Positions 1-8,852 of a DNA stretch of 64,000 nt are shown one piece after another. The DNA comes from an uncultured Bacilli bacterium (GTDB taxonomy: Bacteria > Bacillota_I > Bacilli_A > RF39 > UBA660). The notes under the pieces are model-generated. The model was given only the letters and a program-made list of their open reading frames with translations, searched no databases and was not told where the DNA came from. How positions within the stretch are numbered: position 1 is the stretch's first letter; every line of letters starts with the position of its first letter. The stretch is taken from assembly GCA_910578855.1 (NCBI GenBank), contig CAJTRV010000005.1, positions 788-64,787 on the forward strand. The letters are read 5' to 3'. Both the position numbers and the translations under genes were made by a program.

Positions 1-761
1 ATTTTTAAATCTATCAAAACATAACATTTTAAAATTTTATTATAGAAAACCATATCTACATAATAATGAGTATTTCCAAGAGTTATTCTTTGTTGTGTGC
101 CTACAAACATAAAACCTTTACCCAATTCCAGCAAAAACTCTTCCATATGTTTTACTAATTTTCTTTCCAAATCTTTTTCAAGAATAGGTTTTGACTCTTT
201 AATGTCTAAGAATTCAAAGACATATGGTTCCTTTAAAAGATCGTCAGGTTTGGCTAATGTTTGTCCAACTTTTGATAATTCATAGACTTTTTCTTTATTA
301 TTTTTTCCATCAGATAATAATAGTCTTTCAAACAATGATGTTTCCAATTGCCTTTTTAATTCTCTTACGCTCCAGTTAGAATTAACACATTCTTTTTCGT
401 AAAAACTTCTTTCATCATCATTTTCAATGCTTAACAACTCACAATAATGTGACCAACTCAATTTTCCAGACAGCGTCTGGAATTTTGGGTAGATAACATA
501 AAGCTTCCGCATATTAAATAAATTACTAACTGAAAAACCTGTACCTAAAATTTTTCGCAATTCTTTTGACAATTCCTTCATTATTTGTTTACCATATTCA
601 GCTTTGATATTACCATTTTGCTCATTTTCAACAATAATTCTACCAACATTCCAATATGCTAATAACATTGTATTATTTATTTCATAAGATATTTTATTTC
701 TACTATTAATAATTACTTCTTTAATTTCTTCTATCATTTGAATATTATTCTTTTCTAGCAT
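1..761 (-). CDS. DUF1016 / YhcG-like PD-(D/E)XK nuclease family protein, C-terminally truncated by the window edge
   Basis: Minus-strand ORF starting ATG at 761 (RBS GGAAGG upstream) runs off the window with no stop. The ORF track omits it. Own translation MLEKNNIQMIEEIKEVIINSRNKISYEINNTMLLAYWNVGRIIVENEQNGNIKAEYGKQIMKELSKELRKILGTGFSVSNLFNMRKLY...LSGKLSWSHYCELLSIENDDERSFYEKECVNSNWSVRELKRQLETSLFERLLLS matches the conserved N-terminal YhcG/DUF1016 region (YGKQ..L...L...FG.GFS..NL..MR.FY ... KLSWSHY.ELL ... WSVRELERQI.S.LFERL). Confidence 0.75.
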   Translation of the reverse strand, partial: MLEKNNIQMIEEIKEVIINSRNKISYEINNTMLLAYWNVGRIIVENEQNGNIKAEYGKQIMKELSKELRKILGTGFSVSNLFNMRKLYVIYPKFQTLSGKLSWSHYCELLSIENDDERSFYEKECVNSNWSVRELKRQLETSLFERLLLSDGKNNKEKVYELSKVGQTLAKPDDLLKEPYVFEFLDIKESKPILEKDLERKLVKHMEEFLLELGKGFMFVGTQQRITLGNTHYYVDMVFYNKILKCYVLIDLK

Positions 762-1302
762 AAAATAATTCCTTCCCGAATGAGTCAGACATATCTGACT
801 CATTCAAATAACAATTAAATTATATCATTTATACGTTTATATTCCTAGATTAAGTGTACATTTTTGTTTAGATTTTTTTTTAGTTTTTTAATATATTAAT
901 GTACCAAAATCCGATTCACTTTTTAGCAGGATAAGGATGTATGACAACAACTCGCCAGTGGCGAGTTTACAAGGGTTTCCGTGTATGACATTTTTATTTT
1001 TGTATGACAATTGTAAGACATAAAATTAAGGAAAAAGTTAAAATATTAGTTATATTTAACTATTTGTATTACAAATGTCAGACAAAATTATCTATTTTTA
1101 ATAGCTAAAATATACCGATTTGTACCAAAATTTAAGTTTTTTTATGAATCATATAACTTTAGCTAGTACAAAAATATGTACCTAAATATTAACATTTATA
1201 ATATTTATTGGACTAACAGGTACTTCTATTAATCCGTAATTTGTTATTTTATTTATCAATAATAGGAATTAATTTAAATGGTTCATTAGAAATAAATTGT
1301 AT

Positions 1303-1581
1303 TTAAAATGTACACTTGATAAAACTTTCTAATTCTTTTAAAGGAATAGACCTACTTAAATCATTAATATAAACATCTTCGCACCCATTAAAGAAAAGAT
1401 AAGTTGTTCCTTTTATTTCAATACTATGAGGCTCAATATAAGCAATATTTGTGTTTGATAAACTAATAATACTTCCTGTCTTTAACTTTGCTTTAATATT
1501 ATTAAATTTAAGCAAGTTATTAATTTTCTTTTCTAATTCCTCATCAATATCTATTTCTTCTTTTACTATTTGCATAATCAA
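1303..1581 (-). CDS. small hypothetical protein (92 aa), paralog of ORF 39263..39487
   Basis: ORF with SD AAGGAG upstream (TTG at 1581 or ATG at 1575). C-terminus YLFFNGCEDVYINDLSRSIPLKELESFIK aligns with YLIFNGSDTLFVNDYSRSIKLKDLEVHIK of the ORF beside tRNA-Leu. Lies 88 bp 3' of tRNA-Thr on the same strand. Confidence 0.5.
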   Translation of the reverse strand: MIMQIVKEEIDIDEELEKKINNLLKFNNIKAKLKTGSIISLSNTNIAYIEPHSIEIKGTTYLFFNGCEDVYINDLSRSIPLKELESFIKCTF

Positions 1582-1668
1582 TCAAACTCCTTTCAAAACA
1601 AACAAAAAAGATTAATCGAAATTAACCTTTATATTTTGAAAGTCGAATTAGTTCGACTAATTTCCCTA

Positions 1669-1742
1669 TGGTGCCGAAGGATTGAATTGAACAATCCTCT
1701 GATGCTTACCATGCATCTGTTTTACCACTAAACTACATCGGC
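1669..1742 (-). tRNA. tRNA-Thr (anticodon GGU)
   Basis: Minus-strand read GCCGATG-TA-GTTT-AGTGGTA-AAAC-A-GATGC-ATGGTAA-GCATC-AGAGG-GATTG-TTCAATT-CAATC-CTTCGGC-A-CCA. Cloverleaf has 7-bp acceptor stem (one U-U mismatch), D-stem GTTT/AAAC, anticodon loop AT-GGT-AA, T-arm, and encoded CCA. Confidence 0.8.
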
Positions 1743-1815
1743 ATATGAGAATGCGATAAATCTATCGCACTTCATTAAAATTTTAACATTTCTAATTAGA
1801 CTTTGTCAATCCCTA

Positions 1816-4800
1816 TTATATAATTTCTAATAGCTCTTTTAATTCGGCTTCACTTAATTTTGATAACACCAGCTCACTACGGCTTTCACCCTCGATCACT
1901 TGGTCACTTAATCGTTTCTTCTTTTCCTGCAACTCCAATATTTTTTCCTCAATTGTCCCCTTTGTAATTATCTTAATTACTTCAACAACATTCTTTTGAC
2001 CGATGCGATGGGTACGATCAGTTGCCTGGTTTTCAACCTGCGGATTCCACCATGGATCTAAGTGAATTACCACATCCGCACTTGTTAAATTTAAACCCGT
2101 CCCACCAGCCTTTAGGGAAATCAAAAAGACATTGGTTGCATCATTGTTAAAATCATTTACTAGCTGCATTCGATCCTTACTCTTAGTGGAACCATCCAAA
2201 TAGTAATAAGTAATGTGGTGATCATCAAATGCCTTCTTTACATACTGTAATGCCGAAGGAAATTGCGAGAACAACAATACCTTATGCCCATTTTCAATCA
2301 CTTGCGACACCATATCAATCAATTGGGTTAACTTAGCATTACAACCAGTATAAGTGTCTGATAATAACCGTGGCTCGATACAAATTTGGCGTAATTTCGT
2401 CAACAACGATAGAATTAAAATTTGACTCTTACCAAAGCCCTCCTCTTTCATCACATGATCAATTTCCCGTTTGGTCTTTTCCAAGTAAGCAAGATATAAC
2501 GCTTTTTGCTCATCAGCTAATTCTACATAAACAGTATTTTCAATTTTATTAGGTAAGTCTTTTAATACATCACTCTTCTTTCGCCGAAGAATAAAGGGAC
2601 TAATCTGTTGCTTTAAAATATCTAACACACTTGGATCCTCTTCTAACCGTTTGGTACTATACTTTTCTTTGAAAACTGTACTACTTTTTAGGAATCCTGG
2701 CATGACGAAGTCAAAAATACTCCATAACTCTAATATCGAATTTTCAATCGGTGTTCCAGTTAAGGCAAACTTCGTCTTCGCAATTATTTGTTTTACTGAG
2801 CGAGTATTTTGGGTCGTAATATTCTTAATATTCTGGGCTTCATCGATAATACAAGTATGAAAATGAAGATCTTCATAATAAGCAATATCCTGACGTAATA
2901 ACCCATAAGTCGTAATCAAAACATTCGCATCATCGATATGTTCTAAAATCTTAATACGGTTGGCTTTATTATCACTTACTACTTGATATTTCATCGTTGG
3001 AGCAAACTTTTTAAACTCATTTTCCCAGTTATAAATTAGTGATGTTGGTACGACAATTAAAAATTTGGATGTCGGATCTTCTTTCAGCTGTAACTTAATA
3101 TACTCAATCGTTTGTAACGATTTTCCAAGTCCCATCTCATCCGCTAAAATACCACCAAAACCACAGTTTGATAACATCTTCATCCATTTCACTCCGAGGC
3201 ATTGATAATCTCTTAAAATAGCCTGATCTTCAGGATCGATTACCACCGGGAGATAGCGATATTCATGAAACTGTTTTAAAAGCGCTTCAACTGGTTGCCC
3301 CAAAGTGACAAATTCTTGATCTTGAATCTGTGATTCTAACGCTACTACTTGATAGCTGGGAACATTTTTTTGACCTGCTTTGATATCACGATCTGTAACA
3401 TCCAATTCATCCAATAGTGATACAAATGCCTGTAACTCTGAATTCTTAAGAGATAAATAGTTCCCATTCTTTAAGTGATAGTACTTTTTATGATCACGAA
3501 TAGCGCCAACAATATGGGATAATTCGTCAGGATCAATTCCAACAATTGAAAATTGATAACTTAAAATATTATCGCGTCCTAATTGAAACTGACTTGTAAC
3601 TCGGGTTTTAGAAAGCATCTTCTTGGCTTTGACCTCTTTTGAAACATAGACATGATACCTATTACAAAGGTCATTAAGCCCTGTATATAGGAACTCAGCT
3701 ATGTCCTCATCACGGTATAATACAAAACACTGATTGGTCTTATCTTCGAGAAACCCATACTGTAGTAAAGCCTCTTTATAACGTGCTTCCATATCCGGAT
3801 ACCGCGTTACGAAATAATCCCCTACCCGATAGTCTGAACTACAAATATTAAGTTTTAAAGGCGCATAGCATAACTGAATCGTTGCGATTAGTTTCTCGTC
3901 GTTACACTCGATATAAAAACGTTCCTCTGGCCTTTCATCTAAAACATGTTCTTGCAAGGAATCTGCTACTTTTAACGACTGATCCAACTGTTTTAACTGG
4001 GGATATACCTGACTGATAAAAACCTCGGCTTCTGTTTCATTAAACAAGACTTTGCGTTGCTCCCTAGACAATAATAACTTTAATAACTTAGCCTGTTTAT
4101 TTGATAACTCATAGACCTTTCCTTCAAAGATAACAAATTGATTATCATCAGTAAGGGCAGTAACTTCTAATTTCGGATAGCGTAATAGTACATCACCATT
4201 TTCGATCTCCAGCTCCATTCCCAGTGGTAACTGCGATTCGATTTTTTCATAATAATCTGGAACATAGCCAAGTTGAAGCGCAAAAGAATGATTCCGTAGT
4301 AACGCTAAAAAGATATTGAGTAACTCTCCTTTTAGAGTAATTTGACTTGTTCCCAAGCGATCATAGTCAGCCATATACTGCGATTCATAAATCTTTAAAA
4401 AGTCAAGAATTGGTTGATCAATCGCACGAATACAATGTTCACTCGCACGGTAGATAAAGTTTTTCCCGAAAGACATTTCAAAATCATCTTCTTTATAATG
4501 ATTCAAAAATAATGGTAACTTTTGATTCAACATATATTTTTGGGTAATACCAATTCGAAGTTGCAATTGAAAATAAGGTTCACGACAATAATCATACCCT
4601 CGTCTCAGTAATACCTCGAGTGCAACTTCCGTCTTCTCAAAATCGGTTGCCGCCTCGATTAACTGGCGATTAAACGACGCATCCCTCATCTCGGGAAGGG
4701 TCCCGATTACATCTAGCATAAACTCAGGGTGTTCAAGAATATGCTTGACTGCTAGCGCTATATGAGGACATAGTCTATCCTTATGAAAGGATGGGCAAGA

Positions 4801-5034
4801 GCAATAAAAGTAAGTAAACTCATGATGTCTAGAAATCCCCAGTTTCAGCATCACGATCTCAGTTGGTGAAACCTGATACTTAAAATTTAAAATCGCCTGA
4901 TTAGCCGCATCCCGAATAAAACCGGTATATGATAATTGCGACGGTGTTAGTGCTAGGGCGGCAACATATTGCTCCATCCCTGTAATTTTTGCAACATCCT
5001 CTATTTTCGTAAGTTCTGCCATAATATCCCTCAT
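1816..5034 (-). CDS. SNF2-family DEAD/DEAH helicase with N-terminal SWIM zinc finger (YwqA-like)
   Basis: SWIM CxC..CxH (YFYCSCPSFHKDRLCPH). Helicase motif I LADEMGLGKSLQTI, motif II IIDEAQNIKN, C-terminal helicase domain LISLKAGGTGLNLTSADVVIHLDPWWNP. Confidence 0.9.
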   Translation of the reverse strand: MRDIMAELTKIEDVAKITGMEQYVAALALTPSQLSYTGFIRDAANQAILNFKYQVSPTEIVMLKLGISRHHEFTYFYCSCPSFHKDRLCPHIALAVKHILEHPEFMLDVIGTLPEMRDASFNRQLIEAATDFEKTEVALEVLLRRGYDYCREPYFQLQLRIGITQKYMLNQKLPLFLNHYKEDDFEMSFGKNFIYRASEHCIRAIDQPILDFLKIYESQYMADYDRLGTSQITLKGELLNIFLALLRNHSFALQLGYVPDYYEKIESQLPLGMELEIENGDVLLRYPKLEVTALTDDNQFVIFEGKVYELSNKQAKLLKLLLSREQRKVLFNETEAEVFISQVYPQLKQLDQSLKVADSLQEHVLDERPEERFYIECNDEKLIATIQLCYAPLKLNICSSDYRVGDYFVTRYPDMEARYKEALLQYGFLEDKTNQCFVLYRDEDIAEFLYTGLNDLCNRYHVYVSKEVKAKKMLSKTRVTSQFQLGRDNILSYQFSIVGIDPDELSHIVGAIRDHKKYYHLKNGNYLSLKNSELQAFVSLLDELDVTDRDIKAGQKNVPSYQVVALESQIQDQEFVTLGQPVEALLKQFHEYRYLPVVIDPEDQAILRDYQCLGVKWMKMLSNCGFGGILADEMGLGKSLQTIEYIKLQLKEDPTSKFLIVVPTSLIYNWENEFKKFAPTMKYQVVSDNKANRIKILEHIDDANVLITTYGLLRQDIAYYEDLHFHTCIIDEAQNIKNITTQNTRSVKQIIAKTKFALTGTPIENSILELWSIFDFVMPGFLKSSTVFKEKYSTKRLEEDPSVLDILKQQISPFILRRKKSDVLKDLPNKIENTVYVELADEQKALYLAYLEKTKREIDHVMKEEGFGKSQILILSLLTKLRQICIEPRLLSDTYTGCNAKLTQLIDMVSQVIENGHKVLLFSQFPSALQYVKKAFDDHHITYYYLDGSTKSKDRMQLVNDFNNDATNVFLISLKAGGTGLNLTSADVVIHLDPWWNPQVENQATDRTHRIGQKNVVEVIKIITKGTIEEKILELQEKKKRLSDQVIEGESRSELVLSKLSEAELKELLEII

Positions 5035-5117
5035 TCCAATAACTTATTATATCATAATTACACCATTATACTATGTTTCTTGTTTCATTTCCTTGACATT
5101 TTTCCTCAATACTTTTA

Positions 5118-5146
5118 TTGTCAAAATATAGAAAAACGATTATAAT
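5118..5146 (+). promoter_or_regulatory. sigma-A-type promoter for glmS (TTGTCA-17-TATAAT)
   Basis: -35 TTGTCA at 5118-5123, 17-nt spacer, -10 TATAAT at 5141-5146, about 90 nt upstream of glmS. Confidence 0.5.
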
Positions 5147-5236
5147 AAAGTAAAATACACTAAATGGAAAGTAAAACTATGGTATTCGTGTTAAACGAGT
5201 AATCGGTTTCACAGGTACCATAGAAGGAGGTATTAT

Positions 5237-7039
5237 ATGTGTGGAATGATAGGATACATTGGGAAGAAACCAGTTGTACCCATTTTATTAAAAGGGTTAC
5301 AATCCCTAGAATATCGTGGTTATGACTCAGCTGGAATTGCATATATGAAGGATCAAAATGTGCAAATTATGAAGGAAGTTGGAAAAGTAAATAATCTTAA
5401 AAAACACTGTCAACACTTAACAGCAACTAAAATGGGACTTGGTCATACAAGATGGGCCACCCATGGAGTTGCCAACCAGGTAAATGCGCATCCGCAAAGA
5501 AACAGTGGTGTTACCATTGTTCATAATGGAATTATCGAAAACTACGAATTATGGAAACAAAAATTGCTTGAAAAAGGCTATCAATTTCAGTCTGATACCG
5601 ATACAGAAGTCGCCTGTGCCGTTATTAGCGAAGCAATCAAACAATCATCGACAATTTTAGAGGGACTAGAGATTGCCCAAACACAGTTGGAGGGATCATA
5701 TGCCTTTGGTATTATCGTCGATCAAGATCCTAATCATCTCTATGCGATGAAACAAAACAGTCCTTTGATTGTTGGCGTATGTCCAGATGGTTATCTCATC
5801 GCCTCGGATATTCCAGCGGTTCTAACTAATACGAACGAATATCAGATCTTAGAAGATGGAGATATCGCTATTTTATCAGAACAGCGTGTCACAATATACA
5901 ACCAAGGGATAGAACAAACCAAAAATATTCAAACCTTTACTGAAGAGATCGACCAAGTCACCAAAGATGGCTATGAACACTATATGCGAAAAGAAATTCA
6001 GGAACAACCAGCTATCGTTGCTTCATTAGTTTCAGAATATCTTGGTGATCAGCAATCACATTGGAGTGACTTACCTGATCTAACAGCATATCAGAAAATC
6101 GATATTGTTGCCTGTGGAAGTGCTTGGCATGCCGGAATGATTGGAAAAATGTTGATCGAGCGCTATGCGAAAATTCCGGTTCAGTGTTACATCGCTAGTG
6201 AGTATCGCTATCAACCACACTTCCTTGATTCCAATTCTCTGGTGATCGTCATCTCGCAATCTGGGGAAACAGCTGATACTTTAGCCAGTTTAACGCTAGC
6301 CAAACAACAACAGGCCAAAACATTAGCCATTGTCAACGTTGCGAGGTCGAGTATTGCAAGGGCTGCTGATCAAGTTATATTGACCAAAGCAGGCTGTGAA
6401 ATTGCCGTGGCAACTACCAAAGCCTTTATGGCTCAGATCACCATACTATCACTACTCGCCTTTAAAACAGCCAAACTACAAGGATTGTTATCAGAAAAAG
6501 AAATAAGGCAAATCGAAGAAGACTATAAGACATTGCCATTATTACTAGAAGCCTGCATCTATCAGGGAGTCGATCAAGCTGTAGTGAAACACTTAGCCAC
6601 CAAGGAACATGCCTTTTATTTGGGACGACAAATAGATTATGCCCTAGCCCTAGAAGGTGCTTTGAAACTCAAAGAAATTTCCTATATTCACTGTGAAGCT
6701 TATGCCGCTGGGGAATTAAAACATGGTACCATTTCCTTAATTGAACAAGAAACTCCCGTTATCTGTATCGTAACTGATCCCGCCATTGCCAGTAAAACAA
6801 TCAGTAACTTAAAAGAGGTAAAAGCGCGTGGTAGTTATAACTTCTTGATCGTAACAGACCAACTTAACTTTGAATCCGATGTCTATCAAGACAAACTAAT
6901 TTTGCCTAGTCTAAATCCATTATTACAACCGATGATTACAACGATACCACTCCAGCTCCTTGCTTATCAAGTTGCCAAAGAACGTTTCTGTGATATCGAT
7001 CAGCCCCGTAATCTAGCAAAATCGGTGACAGTAGAATAA
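5237..7039 (+). CDS. glmS: glutamine--fructose-6-phosphate aminotransferase
   Basis: N-terminal MCGMIGYIG (Cys2 glutaminase), two SIS domains, C-terminal KSVTVE. Strong RBS GAAGGAGG. Confidence 0.95.
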   Translation: MCGMIGYIGKKPVVPILLKGLQSLEYRGYDSAGIAYMKDQNVQIMKEVGKVNNLKKHCQHLTATKMGLGHTRWATHGVANQVNAHPQRNSGVTIVHNGIIENYELWKQKLLEKGYQFQSDTDTEVACAVISEAIKQSSTILEGLEIAQTQLEGSYAFGIIVDQDPNHLYAMKQNSPLIVGVCPDGYLIASDIPAVLTNTNEYQILEDGDIAILSEQRVTIYNQGIEQTKNIQTFTEEIDQVTKDGYEHYMRKEIQEQPAIVASLVSEYLGDQQSHWSDLPDLTAYQKIDIVACGSAWHAGMIGKMLIERYAKIPVQCYIASEYRYQPHFLDSNSLVIVISQSGETADTLASLTLAKQQQAKTLAIVNVARSSIARAADQVILTKAGCEIAVATTKAFMAQITILSLLAFKTAKLQGLLSEKEIRQIEEDYKTLPLLLEACIYQGVDQAVVKHLATKEHAFYLGRQIDYALALEGALKLKEISYIHCEAYAAGELKHGTISLIEQETPVICIVTDPAIASKTISNLKEVKARGSYNFLIVTDQLNFESDVYQDKLILPSLNPLLQPMITTIPLQLLAYQVAKERFCDIDQPRNLAKSVTVE

Positions 7040-7041
7040 AA

Positions 7042-7080
7042 AAAGACCTCATTTCTACCATGGAATGAAGTCTTTTTCTT
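7042..7080. terminator. bidirectional rho-independent terminator between glmS(+) and pilin-like gene(-)
   Basis: AAAAAGACCTCATT-TCTACCATGG-AATGAAGTCTTTTTC: about 9-bp stem, A-run upstream and T-run downstream. Confidence 0.6.
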
Positions 7081-7089
7081 TCTTTGTTT

Positions 7090-7494
7090 TTATGATGGAA
7101 GTGTACAACTAGCTGGTGATTTAATTACGGTAATTTTATCCGTGCTTTTTGCCTTGGTTGCACAGTATTTTCCATACATGAGCGCGAGCGAAACTTTACC
7201 ACTAGGCTCAATTACGACAGTTCCCCGGTCAGGATCTTCCCCATCATATTCTAACGTTTTTTCAGTCTCGGGAAACGTAATAGTAACATTCGTGGTTACT
7301 CCTTTATCTTCCATTTCTAACGCATGATATTGTCTTGCCGCATCGACGATTCCACTGGCACTATTTTTGATCGTTCCCATTTTTGAATTCTCAATTACAT
7401 CCATAATCATGGGAACTGCAATCAATACAATCACACCTAAAACAACCATCACAGCTAATAATTCAAGTAATGTAAATCCTTGATTTCTCTTCAT
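7090..7494 (-). CDS. prepilin-type N-terminal cleavage/methylation domain protein (type IV pilin / ComGC-like pseudopilin)
   Basis: MKRNQ-GFTLLELLAVMVVLGVIVLIAV signature (G/FTLxE). Start moved to ATG 7494 with RBS AGGTAGGGG. The ORF-track N-terminal extension lacks an RBS. Confidence 0.7.
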   Translation of the reverse strand: MKRNQGFTLLELLAVMVVLGVIVLIAVPMIMDVIENSKMGTIKNSASGIVDAARQYHALEMEDKGVTTNVTITFPETEKTLEYDGEDPDRGTVVIEPSGKVSLALMYGKYCATKAKSTDKITVIKSPASCTLPS

Positions 7495-7590
7495 AATTTC
7501 CCCTACCTTTGTATTAGTATAACATGGATCTACGGGGATGGTCAAATCATATTAAATCGTTCAAAGATCCCTTTTCTATAAAAACATCCC

Positions 7591-8841
7591 TTAATCGTTC
7601 TTGATAATAAATGTTCTAGTGTGGTTGATGCGATCCCAGGTTACTTCCTTCTTTAGAAGGGCAATCATAAAGCATGGAATATAAGTTGCTAAAAACAAAG
7701 GGTTAAAGAAAATGGCTTTGCGCTTCATCGCTGGCGTTAAATTTAGACGATCTTTTTCTTTGATGATAAGGCCAGCTGTCATCACTGCAATAATTCCATA
7801 AGCAATGAATAATATAAAAGCGATTGTTATTAGTGAATCTAAACGTAACGTATCTAGAAAAAGAAACTGCGTTACAAAAATATAAAGATGATGTAAAATG
7901 AGAATCCCCGCTCCAAGTACCATCATGATATAGGGATTAATTCCAATCACTTCTCCAAGTTGCGATCCCCAATTGGTATGCCAATGAGTCAGTTGTTTTC
8001 TAAGCCGAGGAATATAATTACGCCGTGAATCAAAGAAGCCGCGAATCCAACGAATTCGTTGGGGAACTGTCTGTTGATAACGTACTGGTTGCTCATCATA
8101 AAATACAGCATTCTCATTATAAAACGTCGTTAAATTATGTTCCATCGCATAAAGGGACATTTCATAATCTTCGGTAAGCGAATGAAAGGGAAACCCCTGC
8201 CAGGCCTCGATTAAACTTCCCCTAATAAAGAACCCAGTTCCCGAAATAACAACATTTCTAGACTGGCGATTTTTCGTTTTATTTCCGCGAGCATTGATTA
8301 ATGTAAACGTAAGAATAGAACAAGCAGCAATGACATTTTCTGATCCATTTTTACAGTTCCGGTACCCAATGCCGAGATCATACCCTTCTATATAGGTTTC
8401 CTCCATATGAGCAAGAAATGATGGATCTAAAATATTATCAGCATCCATGATAAAATAGGCATCATAGTGCTTTTTCGATGATAAAATCGCTTTGATTGCT
8501 TCCTCTAAAGCATACCCTTTTCGTTTCAAATCGGGACGTTTACGAACAATAATTTCTGCACCTAACCGCTCGGTAATCGCCACAGTTGGATCATTCTTAT
8601 CCTCGACAATCACATAAACATCTTGCATATCAACTTTTCGTGTTTGATTCTTAATACTACGAAGTAAGCCCTCAATCACTAGGGACTCATCCCGAGCCGG
8701 AATAAGAATAGCAAACTTTCCGTTCCGTTTTCGAGTATGTTTGGGAAAATTATCATTATGGGAGGCCAATCGAGATCCAATCACTAAGATTATGATTCCA
8801 CCAATGATACATAGGATGGCAATAATTTCTACTAAATTCAT
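7591..8841 (-). CDS. family 2 glycosyltransferase, integral membrane (processive GT2-like)
   Basis: N-terminal TM, GT-A core (ILIPARDES..., DxD MDADNILDP), several C-terminal TM helices. Confidence 0.7.
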   Translation of the reverse strand: MNLVEIIAILCIIGGIIILVIGSRLASHNDNFPKHTRKRNGKFAILIPARDESLVIEGLLRSIKNQTRKVDMQDVYVIVEDKNDPTVAITERLGAEIIVRKRPDLKRKGYALEEAIKAILSSKKHYDAYFIMDADNILDPSFLAHMEETYIEGYDLGIGYRNCKNGSENVIAACSILTFTLINARGNKTKNRQSRNVVISGTGFFIRGSLIEAWQGFPFHSLTEDYEMSLYAMEHNLTTFYNENAVFYDEQPVRYQQTVPQRIRWIRGFFDSRRNYIPRLRKQLTHWHTNWGSQLGEVIGINPYIMMVLGAGILILHHLYIFVTQFLFLDTLRLDSLITIAFILFIAYGIIAVMTAGLIIKEKDRLNLTPAMKRKAIFFNPLFLATYIPCFMIALLKKEVTWDRINHTRTFIIKND

Positions 8842-8852
8842 AACTTACTTCC

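Noticed and set aside
97-285. 62-aa plus-strand ORF
   Set aside because: Lies antisense inside the DUF1016 nuclease gene, has no RBS, and is low complexity.
2370-2860. Two short plus-strand ORFs (2370..2552, 2651..2860)
   Set aside because: Antisense within the well-supported SNF2 helicase gene.
5040-5236. glmS ribozyme in glmS leader
   Set aside because: The leader is AT-rich and lacks the GC-rich conserved core. Absence is reported as a finding and is unverified without a covariance-model scan.
5160-5342. 60-aa minus ORF overlapping glmS start and promoter
   Set aside because: Overlaps glmS promoter and 5' end, no SD. The glmS assignment is unambiguous.
7142-7327. 61-aa plus ORF
   Set aside because: Antisense to the pilin-like gene.
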